DNA from: an uncultured Gemmatimonadales bacterium
Lineage (GTDB): Bacteria > Gemmatimonadota > Gemmatimonadetes > Gemmatimonadales > Gemmatimonadaceae
NCBI GenBank assembly: GCA_963701965.1
Contig: OY969695.1
Span: forward strand, 2,208,001 to 2,272,000
Direction of reading: 5' to 3'
DNA: 64,000 nucleotides
Every line of letters begins with the position of its first letter. Within the stretch, counting starts at the first letter, position 1. Below, piece after piece: positions 39,107-48,809 of this stretch. A model generated the notes under the pieces. The model did no database searches. It saw only the letters and a program-made list of their open reading frames with translations, and had not been told where the DNA came from. A program made the position numbers and the translations under genes.

Positions 39107-41017
39107 TTAATCTCCCGCCAGCGCCGCCTCCCGCACGGGCTTGGGGAGCGCGGGATCGGCCGCCAGGGGGATGAGACCGACGATCCCCTGCTCCAACCAC
39201 CGATGCTCGCCGCGCAGCACCTGCTGGGCGAGTCGATAGAGCGCCGGATCGTCTGGCCCGTACAGCGCCCGGAAAAGCTCCCGTACGCGTCCGCGCGCGG
39301 TGCGGCAGAAGACGTCGGCGAGGGCGACCGCCTCGCGCTGACCCTGCCCGGCCAACATCTGGGCCCGCGCGCACGCGGCCGACATGGCGAACAACTCGGC
39401 TCCAATGTCGACGGCCCGGAAGAGCACCATCTGGCGCTTCTCCAGCTTTGGGCCGAACCGGACCATCGCGTGGAAGATGGCCCGACCCAGACGCCGTGTG
39501 TTCCGCTCCGCGAACCGGAGATGGCGGGCCAAGGGTCCGAACTCGCCGTAGGCGCCGACCTGGCCTTTGCCAAACCACCGGGCGGCATACCACCGCGGAT
39601 AGAATTTGGCGATGCGGCCCACGGCGGCCCAGCGGGCCTTGGCGGACGCTTTCGGATCAACGAGCGCGAACGCGGTCTTGAAGTGGTGATCGACGGCCTC
39701 GCGCGCGATGAACAAGCGCATGATCTCCGACGATCCCTCGAAGATCAGGTTGATGCGAAAATCCCGCATCGCCCGCTCAACCGCAATGGGCGGCTCGCCG
39801 CGCCGGGCCAGGGACTCGGCGGTCTCGTATCCGCGGCCGCCGCGCGTCTGCAGGGTGTCGTCGACGATGCGCCAGCCGGCTTCCGTGTTGTACATCTTGG
39901 CGATCGCCGCTTCCAACCGGATGTCGTACCCGCCGCGCTCGTACAGCGCGGTCGACAGCTCGGCGATCGCTTCCATGGCGAACGTGTTGGCGGCCATGAG
40001 CGCGATCTTGTGCGCGACCGCCTCGTGCTTGCCAATGGGTTGACCCCACTGCACACGCTCGTTCGACCACCGGCGCGTGATCTCCAACATGGCCTTGGCG
40101 GCGCCGACGGCGCTCGCGGGCAAGGTGAGGCGGCCGGTGTTGAGGGTCGTCAGCGCGAGCTTGAGGCCTTTCCCCTCGCCCCACAAAATGTTCTCGCGCG
40201 GCACCCGGACGTTGGTAAATCGAATGACGCCGTTCTCTATGGCTTTGAGCCCCATGAAGCGCAGGCGGTGCGCGATCTCGAGACCGGGCGACGAGGCTTC
40301 GACAATAAAGGCCGTGATCTGCTTGCGGGGCTTGCCGTTGACGACGGCGTCGGGCGTGCGCGCCATCACGACATAGAGCTCGGCGCGCGTGCCGTTCGTG
40401 CACCAGAGTTTCTCGCCATTGAGCAAAAAGGCGTTGCCGCCTTCGACCGGCGTCGCGCTCGTCGTCATGTTCGCGGGGTCGGACCCGGCGTTCACTTCGG
40501 TGAGCGCGAAGGCGGAGATGGCGCCTTTGGCCAGGCGCGGAAAGAACCGGCGCTTCTGGTCGTCGGTGCCAAACAGCTTGAGGGGCTGAGGGACGCCGAT
40601 CGACTGTGAGGCCGAGAGCAGCGCGGTGAGGCTGCCGTCTTTCAATGTCACCATCTCCATGGCGCGGACATAGGTCATCTGCGAGAGGCCGAGGCCGCCG
40701 TACTCCTTCGGGATCTTGATGCCGAACGCGCCCATCACCCGCAGCTCCTGCACGATCCACTCGGGGATCTCCCCGGTCCGGTCGATCTCGTCGGAGTCGA
40801 TCCGGGTCAGCAGCTCTTTGAGCTTGGCCAGGAAAGGCGCGGCGCGCTGGGCCTCGGCGGGGTCTTCCTGGGGGTGGGGGTGGATCAGGTCGAGGCGGAA
40901 ACGACCGAGAAAAAGCTCGCGGACGAAGCTGGGGTGCGTCCACTCGGTCTCGCGGGCCGCTTCGGCGACGTCGCGGGCTTCCTGCTCGGAGACGGGACCA
41001 TGCTCGGTCGTGGCCAT
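39107..41017 (-). CDS. acyl-CoA dehydrogenase (ACAD9/VLCAD-like)
   Basis: [52 protein letters not shown]. Confidence 0.95.
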   Translation of the reverse strand: MATTEHGPVSEQEARDVAEAARETEWTHPSFVRELFLGRFRLDLIHPHPQEDPAEAQRAAPFLAKLKELLTRIDSDEIDRTGEIPEWIVQELRVMGAFGIKIPKEYGGLGLSQMTYVRAMEMVTLKDGSLTALLSASQSIGVPQPLKLFGTDDQKRRFFPRLAKGAISAFALTEVNAGSDPANMTTSATPVEGGNAFLLNGEKLWCTNGTRAELYVVMARTPDAVVNGKPRKQITAFIVEASSPGLEIAHRLRFMGLKAIENGVIRFTNVRVPRENILWGEGKGLKLALTTLNTGRLTLPASAVGAAKAMLEITRRWSNERVQWGQPIGKHEAVAHKIALMAANTFAMEAIAELSTALYERGGYDIRLEAAIAKMYNTEAGWRIVDDTLQTRGGRGYETAESLARRGEPPIAVERAMRDFRINLIFEGSSEIMRLFIAREAVDHHFKTAFALVDPKASAKARWAAVGRIAKFYPRWYAARWFGKGQVGAYGEFGPLARHLRFAERNTRRLGRAIFHAMVRFGPKLEKRQMVLFRAVDIGAELFAMSAACARAQMLAGQGQREAVALADVFCRTARGRVRELFRALYGPDDPALYRLAQQVLRGEHRWLEQGIVGLIPLAADPALPKPVREAALAGD

Positions 41018-41036
41018 GCACTCCTCCTGATACGCT

Positions 41037-41735
41037 CTAATCTACCCGCCGAAATACCACGAACCCGGAGCCTGCGAGCGCGATGAGCGCGAAGGAGAAC
41101 CACTGGATCGCGTAGCTCAGGTGTGGCCCATCATCGAGGGCCGGCGCGCCGCGGCGCACCGGGCGGCCGGGGACAAATGCGGTGTCCCCGCCGAGTATGA
41201 CGCCGTAAGACGCCACGGGATACCCGGCCCAGTGGCCGATCGAGTCGGGACTCAGCCAGCGGACCTTGTTCGGGTACCCAGGGATCGACGCGGGACCGGG
41301 ACGCGCGGCCAGCTCCTCGACCTGGCCGTCCGCCGACAGGCTGTCGGCCTCCCGCCACCGCGCGTGGTCGATCGTCGCGGCGTCCGGCGAGTACACCCAG
41401 CCGCGGTCGACGAGGACCGCCGTGTCGGTCCCCGCGACGCGCAAGGGCGTCACCACGTCCACTCCGGGCGCGCCGTCGCGAATGCGGTTGGCCAGCGCGA
41501 CTTCGTGGGCATAGTCGTATACGCCCCGTAACCGCACCCGCCGAAACTGGGCCAGAGCCGTGTCGCGCGGCAGGTCCTTGAGACCTACCGGCGCGTCTAC
41601 CAGACGCCCCAAAATCTCCGCGTTGCGCTGGCGGCGTTCGCCGAGCCGGTGCAGCTGCCATACGCCGAGACGAATGAAGAGCGTGGCCGCCGCCGCGGCA
41701 CACAGGAGAAAGAGGGCGCGTTTGCCTCGGCTCAT
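41037..41735 (-). CDS. SURF1 family protein
   Basis: [38 protein letters not shown]; start at MSRGK. Confidence 0.92.
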   Translation of the reverse strand: MSRGKRALFLLCAAAAATLFIRLGVWQLHRLGERRQRNAEILGRLVDAPVGLKDLPRDTALAQFRRVRLRGVYDYAHEVALANRIRDGAPGVDVVTPLRVAGTDTAVLVDRGWVYSPDAATIDHARWREADSLSADGQVEELAARPGPASIPGYPNKVRWLSPDSIGHWAGYPVASYGVILGGDTAFVPGRPVRRGAPALDDGPHLSYAIQWFSFALIALAGSGFVVFRRVD

Positions 41736-41758
41736 GCGGTAAGCTAAGAGATCGCACG

Positions 41759-42233
41759 GGAGCGGCGGCTTGGCCGCCGCGACAGGCAACCGACAGTCGT
41801 TGTCTCGCTGTGGCGAAGGCCACAGGAGCGCGGCTTGGCCGCCGCGACAGGCAACCGACAGTCGTTGTTCTAGCTGTGGCGAAGGCCACAGGAGCGCGGC
41901 TTGGCCGCCGCGACAGGCAACCGACAGTCGTTGTCTAGCTGTGGCGAAGGCCACAGGAGCGCGGCTTGGCCGCCGCGACAGGCAACCGACAGTCGTTGTT
42001 CTAGCTGTGGCGAAGGCCACAGGAGCGCGGCTTGGCCGCCGCGACAGGCAACCGACAGTCGTTGTTCTAGCTGTGGCGAAGGCCACAGGAGCGCGGCTTG
42101 GCCGCCGCGACAGGCAACCGACAGTCGTTGTTCTAGCTGTGGCGAAGGCCACAGGAGCGCGGCTTGGCCGCCGCGACAGGCAACCGACAGTCGTTGTTCT
42201 AGCTGCGGCGAAGGCCACAGCTAGAACAACGAC
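41759..42233. repeat. 7 tandem copies of a 65-66 bp palindrome-rich unit plus terminal inverted arm
   Basis: Units start at 41759, 41825, 41891, 41956, 42022, 42088, 42154; consensus ggagcgcggcttggccgccgcgacaggcaaccgacagtcgttgttctagctgtggcgaaggccaca. Confidence 0.97.
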
Positions 42234-43030
42234 ATTTGCTCACCCAGTTGTTCCGGGTCGACCGGGTGTTGGCCGAGCGCCTGTTGCAGCGCCCGCGCCG
42301 AGGACGGGGAATGGCCAGCGAAATGATTATTGAAGTAGCCATACACCGTGCGCACACGGGTCGCCTCGGCGAGCCCGGCGAGCGCCCGGGCCCAGGCCTC
42401 GATCTCCCGCGACCGGTCGACTTGGATGCGCGAGTAGTCGACGATCTCGCGGTCGGGTCCCATCCATCGGAGATACAAGAAGTCCGCGGTCGGCCGCGCC
42501 GCAAGCGCCAGCACCGTCTTCCGCGGAATCCATCGCGCATCGACGAGCGCCAGCGCGACGTTGTGCTCGGCGAGCAGCGCCAACACGCCGTCGTAGATCC
42601 ACGCGCAATGGCGAAACTCGACGGCCACGCGGATGTCGCCCGGCAGAAGCGTCAAGAACGTCGCCAACGCCGGCAGCTCGACGGGCTCGAAGTCGGGCCC
42701 GAGCTGCACGAGCACGGGCCCCAGCTTGGGCCCCAGCTCCCGGGCCCGGTCGAAAAACTCCGCGACGAGATCACCCACATCCCGGAGCCGGCGCTCGTGC
42801 GTGACCTCCTGCGGCATCTTGAGCGCAAACACAAACCCCGCCGGACTCCGCTCCGCCCACGCCCGCACCGTCTTGACCGGTGGAATCGCGTAGAACGTCG
42901 AGTCAATCTCGACGGTGTCGAACCCCCGCCCGTACACGGTCAGATAGTCGCTGGCGCGCGTCCCCGGCGGATAGAACGGCCCAACCCACGCATCGTAGTT
43001 CCAGCCTTGGGTCCCGATCCGGACACGCAT
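42221..43030 (-). CDS. DUF72 (YecE/YunF) family protein
   Basis: IGT.GW.Y..W.G.FYP, VEIDSTFY, F.FALK.P..VTH, KLGP.L.Q, AVEFRH..W, YLR, YFNNH..G. Confidence 0.93.
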   Translation of the reverse strand: MRVRIGTQGWNYDAWVGPFYPPGTRASDYLTVYGRGFDTVEIDSTFYAIPPVKTVRAWAERSPAGFVFALKMPQEVTHERRLRDVGDLVAEFFDRARELGPKLGPVLVQLGPDFEPVELPALATFLTLLPGDIRVAVEFRHCAWIYDGVLALLAEHNVALALVDARWIPRKTVLALAARPTADFLYLRWMGPDREIVDYSRIQVDRSREIEAWARALAGLAEATRVRTVYGYFNNHFAGHSPSSARALQQALGQHPVDPEQLGEQMSLF

Positions 43031-43050
43031 GTCCGGAATCTAGCGAGCCC

Positions 43051-44493
43051 CTACCGGTACGTCTCGAAGAACCCCGTGCCGTCGCCGGCCAGCGCGGCGC
43101 CACCGGCGCGGCCACTCAAATGCGCGCGCCCCTTCATCTGGACGAAATAGGGATGAGCCGGACCAGCGGTCGGCGTCCGCGTCGCGACCGCGTCCTCGAT
43201 CTCGAGGTCGAGCCGCAGGGTATCGGCGCCGCGCACATCGGTCAGTGTGGCGTGCGCGGGTACGCGCAGCGAACGGCCGTCGACCGCGATGACTTTGCTG
43301 TCGTCGTACACGATCTGTCGCGGCCGGAACACCGTCCGGAAGCCAAGCGAATCGACGAGATACAGGAACATGGGCGCGGACGCGTCCAGCGAGTCGGGCG
43401 CGTGGACGCGGCCGTACAGGAGCCCGAACGCGCCGGCCCGCGTGGCACCCCACTCCCAGCTGACGCCGCGCCACACGCCCCAGTTGTGATCGTGATACGA
43501 CTGCGTGTGCTCGTAGTGCTGGCACCGGTCGTCGATGCAGAGGGATCCGGACGCGTCGGCGATCAACCCCGGCACGGTATAGCCGGACCGAAAATTCCCA
43601 CTCGTAAGATCGACACCAGGGAAATAGGCGCCCGGCGCGGGCGTGACGACCAGATCGACGCTGAGATGTCCGCGCCCACCCTCTTCGCGCGCCGTGGCGT
43701 GCACAGCGTAGCGTCCGTCGGGACGGACGCGCACCGATGACGACCCGAGGCTGACATCGGCCCGCGTCGCCGAGAAATGGACGTCCGCCGGCGGGACCAG
43801 AGCCACGAACCGCCGCGCCGGCCGGCCGGTCTCGTGGGTCGTGACCAGCACGCGGCCGCCGGCGCCGGCGACGATGAACGTGATGAACGCCCACCGGTTG
43901 CGGTCCGGCGACACGACGTTGAAGTAGTGCCACTCGGCCCACGTCTCGCGCCCGGCCCCCGAGACCGGCATCGCGTGAAAGTGGTCGATGTCATTCGCCA
44001 ACTCGAGCGCCGTGGGCGCCACCCACCGCCGGTCGGCGCTGTCGTCGTTCCACGCCCCGGCCAGGACGACCGGCGCGGCGCGCACCGCCCGTTGGGCCGA
44101 GGGGATGTCCCCCGACGCGCGCACCGTGCGCTCGACCCCGTCCCGCGTCGTGAGATAGAGGAGCGCGTCGTCATCCTGCGGCGCGACCGCGCGGACGTCG
44201 CGCGCCAGCCGCGGCGCGCCGAGCAGTTGGCGATACAGGAACCGCGCGTTGGTGATAGAGAAAAAGAGACCGCCCAGTCCCCCGGTCTTCATGACTTCGA
44301 TGTCGATCCCTTCCGGCAGCACCGTCACATCGCCGCCGCCGACCAACCGCTCGTCTTGCGCTTGATCGACCATCGCCTCGCCGATGGACAACAGCACGAT
44401 CATGACGGATACGCCCAGCCCGAACCCGAGGAAGAGGAGCAGGGACCGCCACGGTTTGTAGAGAAAGTTGCGCAATGCCAACAACGGCATCAT
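43051..44493 (-). CDS. fusion of MacB/LolE permease N-terminal half with AttH/CrtC-like domain
   Basis: LALRN...PWRSLL...G..LGV (TM1) plus periplasmic start; then EWHYFN, SYHDHNWG, WEWG, FFE motifs; no C-terminal FtsX helices. Confidence 0.75.
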   Translation of the reverse strand: MMPLLALRNFLYKPWRSLLLFLGFGLGVSVMIVLLSIGEAMVDQAQDERLVGGGDVTVLPEGIDIEVMKTGGLGGLFFSITNARFLYRQLLGAPRLARDVRAVAPQDDDALLYLTTRDGVERTVRASGDIPSAQRAVRAAPVVLAGAWNDDSADRRWVAPTALELANDIDHFHAMPVSGAGRETWAEWHYFNVVSPDRNRWAFITFIVAGAGGRVLVTTHETGRPARRFVALVPPADVHFSATRADVSLGSSSVRVRPDGRYAVHATAREEGGRGHLSVDLVVTPAPGAYFPGVDLTSGNFRSGYTVPGLIADASGSLCIDDRCQHYEHTQSYHDHNWGVWRGVSWEWGATRAGAFGLLYGRVHAPDSLDASAPMFLYLVDSLGFRTVFRPRQIVYDDSKVIAVDGRSLRVPAHATLTDVRGADTLRLDLEIEDAVATRTPTAGPAHPYFVQMKGRAHLSGRAGGAALAGDGTGFFETYR

Positions 44494-45224
44494 GCGCGGC
44501 GTCTCGACTCGTCGGCGACGATGCGGCCGTCGCGCATATGGACGACGCGCGCCGCGGCCGCCGCCAGATCCTCGTCGTGCGTCACGACGACAATCGTCGT
44601 GCCATCGGCGTTGAGCCGGCCGAAGAGCCCGATGATCTCGGCGCCCGTCTGGGCATCGAGCTCGCCGGTGGGCTCGTCGGCGAGCAACAGCGCCGGACGA
44701 TTGGCCAGCGCGCGCGCAATGGCCACGCGTTGTTGCTCGCCGCCCGACAGTTGCGACGGCCGGTGCCGCTCCCGGTCGGCCAGGCCGACGTACTCCAGCA
44801 ACGCGTGCGCCCGGGCCGCGCGTTCGTCGGGCCGCATGCGCGCTTCGGCCATCGGCAGCTCGACATTCTCGCGCGCCGTGAGCGTGGGCATGAGGTAGAA
44901 CCGCTGGAACACGAATCCAATGTGCCGGAGCCGGAACAATGTCGTCTGCGCGTCGGTCATGGCGCCGACGTCGAGCGCGCGAATCGTGACCCGGCCGCTC
45001 GTCGGCCGATCGATGGCGCCAAGGAGATTGAGCAGCGTCGACTTGCCGCAGCCGGACGGGCCGACGATGGCCACGTACTCGCCGAGACCGACGTCGAGAT
45101 CCACGCCCCGCACGGCCCGCACGATCTCGCCGCCGACCGGATACTCGCGCACGAGAGAGCGCGCGCTCAAGAGCACCGGGTGCGCGCGGGGACGCGGGCG
45201 GGGGGTGGCGATAGCGATGGTCAC
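44490..45224 (-). CDS. ABC transporter ATP-binding protein (LolD/MacB-like)
   Basis: GPSGCGKST, IGFVFQ, LSGGEQQRVAIARAL, LLADEPTG.LD, VVTHD; GTGA overlap with the permease. Confidence 0.95.
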   Translation of the reverse strand: MTIAIATPRPRPRAHPVLLSARSLVREYPVGGEIVRAVRGVDLDVGLGEYVAIVGPSGCGKSTLLNLLGAIDRPTSGRVTIRALDVGAMTDAQTTLFRLRHIGFVFQRFYLMPTLTARENVELPMAEARMRPDERAARAHALLEYVGLADRERHRPSQLSGGEQQRVAIARALANRPALLLADEPTGELDAQTGAEIIGLFGRLNADGTTIVVVTHDEDLAAAAARVVHMRDGRIVADESRRRA

Positions 45225-46411
45225 GCGATCGCCTCGCGGTGAAGGGTGTCGGCGATGGGCAGTGACGCCGCGCGCCAGGCGGGATAGATGCCGGCCAGGA
45301 GCCCCGACGTCAGCAGCAGCCCCAGCGCCGTCAGCGCCGCCGGGGCACGAAAGACAAAGAACTTGAAGGCCGCCGGGAGACCGGGAAACGCCGACAGGAT
45401 GTCGTTGAGCAGGCCCGCGGTCACGAGACCCAGCGCGAGCCCCAGGATGCTGCCGGCGATCGACATCGCCAGACCCTCGAGCACGATCTGCTTGACGACG
45501 TTCCACCGGCTGACGCCGATCGCCCGCAACACCGCGATCTCGCCAATCCGCTCGTTCACGGACACCGTAACCAGTGTCGTCACCAGCAGAAATCCGACAC
45601 CGAGGCTGATCGAACCGAGGATGAACGCCAGCTGGCGGAAGTAGCCCATGCGCTCGTCAACTTGTCGGAGCGCCGAATTCGTGGAGATCGCCGTGACGCG
45701 CGGGACCGCCGCTTCGATAGCGCGGCGCGCGGGTTCCGGGTCGGCGCCATTGCGCACACGAGCCATGACGAGAGAGACCCGGTCGGCGGTCGCCGGGCCA
45801 CCCATGGCTTGCAACACGGGCAACGGTACGGCCGCGACCGGTTGGTTCGCCGACGTGTAGTGAAATCGTCCGATTCCGGCGATGACCAGGCGTCGCCGTC
45901 CGCTGTAGGTGCGCAGTTGCGTGTCGAAGCCGGCGGCCACGTCCAGCGTGTCACCGATCTTGGCGCCCGTCGCGTCGAGGAATGGCGCGTTGACCACGAT
46001 CCGATCCGGCGCTGCCGAGCGGGCGCCGGAGACGCGCGTGTAGTCGCCTTGCACGGACTCATCGAGCCCGATGGCGAAACTCGTCGCTTCGCGGCGCCCG
46101 CCCCCGATGACGTGGATCTGGAGGCCGAGCACCGGGCTGACCGCGACCACGTCGGGGATCGATCGCAGCGTCTGGAGCAAGCGCGCCGCGTCGCCGATCG
46201 TGGCCTCGCTGTCGAATGGCAGCGTGCCTTTGGGCGCGATCCGGAGCTGGAAGCCCTGCACCAGCAGCAGCCGGCGGAAAGAGTCGTGCATGCCGCCGGA
46301 CAGCATCACCATGTCGAGCAGGAGCGCGCCGGAGACGGCGACGCCCGCCACCGCCAGCAGGGACCGCGCGCGGCGGCGGACCAGCGACTTGACGGCGAGG
46401 CGGACGCGCAT
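45221..46411 (-). CDS. ABC transporter permease (LolC/E, MacB-PCD + FtsX)
   Basis: TM1, periplasmic domain, SVNER..EIAVLRAIG, G.YPAWRAA.L. Confidence 0.92.
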   Translation of the reverse strand: MRVRLAVKSLVRRRARSLLAVAGVAVSGALLLDMVMLSGGMHDSFRRLLLVQGFQLRIAPKGTLPFDSEATIGDAARLLQTLRSIPDVVAVSPVLGLQIHVIGGGRREATSFAIGLDESVQGDYTRVSGARSAAPDRIVVNAPFLDATGAKIGDTLDVAAGFDTQLRTYSGRRRLVIAGIGRFHYTSANQPVAAVPLPVLQAMGGPATADRVSLVMARVRNGADPEPARRAIEAAVPRVTAISTNSALRQVDERMGYFRQLAFILGSISLGVGFLLVTTLVTVSVNERIGEIAVLRAIGVSRWNVVKQIVLEGLAMSIAGSILGLALGLVTAGLLNDILSAFPGLPAAFKFFVFRAPAALTALGLLLTSGLLAGIYPAWRAASLPIADTLHREAIA

Positions 46412-46414
46412 CGG

Positions 46415-47257
46415 CTAGCGCCCGAGGAGGGCCAAGGGGGGCCGACTGACGAGGCGCGCGGCGGCGGCCAGGCCTACACCGATACCCAGCAGGATCGACA
46501 CGACGACCGCAAAGCTCACGATCGCCGGCGTGACGAGGGAGAACATCAATGGCGTCTGATAAACGCCCTGGTAGTGCCAGTTGATCAGCAGGGATCCCAG
46601 CCAGCCCACAACGGCGCCCAGCGCGCTGCCGACGAGCGAGATCAGCGCGGCCTCGATCACGATCGTCAACACGACCGATCCGCGGGAGATACCCATGAGA
46701 CGCAGCGCCGCAATGTCCCGGCGTCGTTCGTCGACCTTGAGCAGCAGGATGCAGAGCAGGAATATGGCGCTGGCCACGATCGTGATGATGCCGATCGCCG
46801 CCTGAAAGCGGCTGAGCACGCGGAAGGTCTGCGACGTGCGCACGGCGATTGTCGCCGATGGATAGGCGCGGAATCCGAACGCGACGGCGTTGATCGAGGC
46901 CAGCGCGCGGGCTTGGGCCGCCGAACCGTTGGTGGCGATGGCGAATCGGTCGACGCGGTCCCCGGTGCCCAGCAGCCGTTGGAGGTCGCCCAGGTGCAGG
47001 CGGACGCGCGACACGTTGCGCGCGACTTCGGACGGATCGGCACTCCGCCGCGTGATCGCGGCGACGACGAACGTGTCGCCGCCCACGCCGCCCGCCTGGG
47101 GCGCGAGCACCACGCGGTCGCCGACGGCCAGATGCGCCTCGGCGGCCAACCGCTCGTCGATCGCGATCGTCGGCGCCGCTTGAGCAGGGGCGCCTTGCGC
47201 GCCGGCGCTGGTGGCCAGCGCGGCGACGGCAACGCAGATCTTCCAGACGTGCGTCAC
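46415..47257 (-). CDS. FtsX-like permease C-terminal half with its own signal peptide
   Basis: Signal peptide (AGA-Q), IAIDERLA...L.VGD.V.L, KVDERRRDIAALRLMG, three TM helices; lacks canonical TM1. Confidence 0.8.
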   Translation of the reverse strand: MTHVWKICVAVAALATSAGAQGAPAQAAPTIAIDERLAAEAHLAVGDRVVLAPQAGGVGGDTFVVAAITRRSADPSEVARNVSRVRLHLGDLQRLLGTGDRVDRFAIATNGSAAQARALASINAVAFGFRAYPSATIAVRTSQTFRVLSRFQAAIGIITIVASAIFLLCILLLKVDERRRDIAALRLMGISRGSVVLTIVIEAALISLVGSALGAVVGWLGSLLINWHYQGVYQTPLMFSLVTPAIVSFAVVVSILLGIGVGLAAAARLVSRPPLALLGR

Positions 47258-47267
47258 GAGATGGGCG

Positions 47268-47753
47268 CTACCGGAGCGAGCGCTCGCCGCGCGCCATCGC
47301 GTCGGCGGCGGCCGGCGCCACGGGATCGCGCCAACCGGCGCGCACCAGCAGCACGGGCACCATGGACCAATGCCTGACTTCGTTGGCCACGCTGCCGCGA
47401 AAGAGATCGGACAGGAATTTGTGGCCGTGCGTCGACATCGCGATCAACGAGCACTGCTCCCGTTCCGCCGCATCGGCGATCTCCTCGGCCGGATCCCCGG
47501 TCGCGAGGATGGCGTCGGCCTCGAATCCTTCTGTCTCCAGCTCCGCAGCCACGTGTTCAATGTACGCCCGGTCGCTCTTCATCTCCTCGGACTCGCGGAG
47601 ATGCAAATGCCGGATGTTCCTTGCCGCCCATCCATCGGCCACATGGATCAGCACGAGGGACGCCCCGCACATGCGCGCCAGGAGCCGCACGTGGGCGAGA
47701 ATGCTGGCATCGGCCGTGGAGTGCTCCAACGGCACGAGGATACGATCGTACAC
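47268..47753 (-). CDS. universal stress protein
   Basis: YDRILVPL, L.LIHV, GDPAEEI, LIAMSTHG, GSVA..V...PVLLV. Confidence 0.92.
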   Translation of the reverse strand: MYDRILVPLEHSTADASILAHVRLLARMCGASLVLIHVADGWAARNIRHLHLRESEEMKSDRAYIEHVAAELETEGFEADAILATGDPAEEIADAAEREQCSLIAMSTHGHKFLSDLFRGSVANEVRHWSMVPVLLVRAGWRDPVAPAAADAMARGERSLR

Positions 47754-47772
47754 GTCGACCTCCCCGGTTCAG

Positions 47773-48378
47773 CTAGCGGGCTCGCCCACCAGCGTCGCCA
47801 ACTGTCGCAAGAATGCGCTCCGTCATGCCCCAAACAACGTATTCACCGTGCCGAAAACTGGGCACGCGCCGTTCGACCCCCCGGGCCATGACGGTCGATT
47901 CGACCCCGGCATCGGGCGCGGTAAACGTCGCGAGGGGCACCCAAAAGGCGGCCGACACCTCGTCACTGAGAACTAAAGGCGACGAGAGCGGCCCCTGTAA
48001 CGCGACGACGTAGGGACGGACGCGCATGGCGTATCCCGACCGCGCCTGCAGGTCGTCGAGCGCGCCCAGCACGTGACCATCGCGCCGGAGGTCGATCCCG
48101 GTCTCCTCGAAGGTCTCACGCAACGCGGTATCCTCGAGCGACGCGTCGCCGGGCTCGACCCGTCCTCCCGGGAGGGCAACGTGTCCACTCCACGGATCAC
48201 GATCGTGCTCGGCGCGCTTGATCATCAGGATTTCGATCCGGTCGTCGACCTCCCGGAGCACCAACGCCACCGCGGCCTGCGCACCGTCCGTCCCATGGCG
48301 CGCCGCGCGGGGCGCCAGTCGGTCGACCAGTCGCTCGGAGATCGCGGTGAGCATGTCCCGGTGGGTCCTCACCGTCAC
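47773..48378 (-). CDS. NUDIX CoA pyrophosphatase
   Basis: AAV.L, PWSG.VALPGG..E..D..L..TALRETFEETG, EV...FWVP, VWGMT. Confidence 0.9.
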   Translation of the reverse strand: MTVRTHRDMLTAISERLVDRLAPRAARHGTDGAQAAVALVLREVDDRIEILMIKRAEHDRDPWSGHVALPGGRVEPGDASLEDTALRETFEETGIDLRRDGHVLGALDDLQARSGYAMRVRPYVVALQGPLSSPLVLSDEVSAAFWVPLATFTAPDAGVESTVMARGVERRVPSFRHGEYVVWGMTERILATVGDAGGRAR

Positions 48379-48737
48379 CCCTCGACCTCGCCGCCGGCGT
48401 CGACCCAGGCGCGGAATCCACCACGCATGGACGAAACCTTACTGTAGCCCATTTCGCGCATGGTGTCCGCGGCCAGCGCCGACCGGTTGCCGCTCGCGCA
48501 ATACACCACGACGGTGGCCTCGCGCGGCACGCGTTGCTCGATCGTGGTCTCTAATGTTCCGCGCGGAATGAAAACGGCGCCCGGCAGACGCCCGAGGTTC
48601 CACTCATTAGGCTCCCGCACATCCAGAAACACGACGCCGTCGCTGCCTTTAGTGCTCGCGACGGCCTCGGCTACTGAGACTTCAGGGATGCGGGTCTTGG
48701 CCGCGTTGATGAGATCGCTTCCGGTCCGAGGCGTCAT
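48375..48737 (-). CDS. rhodanese-like domain protein
   Basis: LDVREP.EW..G.LPGA..IP, VVYCASGNRS, M.GGF.AW. Confidence 0.92.
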   Translation of the reverse strand: MTPRTGSDLINAAKTRIPEVSVAEAVASTKGSDGVVFLDVREPNEWNLGRLPGAVFIPRGTLETTIEQRVPREATVVVYCASGNRSALAADTMREMGYSKVSSMRGGFRAWVDAGGEVEG

Positions 48738-48748
48738 GCCCCGAAATC

Positions 48749-48790
48749 TAAACGGGGTGCGGGGACACAGTCCCCACACCCCGCTTTTTT
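48749..48790. terminator. GC-rich hairpin with A/T tails, possibly bidirectional terminator
   Basis: aaaCGGGGTGcGGGGAC-aca-GTCCCCaCACCCCGctttttt. Confidence 0.7.
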
Positions 48791-48809
48791 GAGACCCTGG
48801 GACGGCGCG

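Noticed and set aside
41736..42218. Repeat-containing N-terminal extension of SURF1 (393-aa ORF) and other ORFs through the array
   Set aside because: Open frames arise from a stop-poor repeat and change register between copies; SURF1 homology starts at 41735
41759..42233. CRISPR array
   Set aside because: Units are identical end to end with no unique spacers, and there are no cas genes in the window
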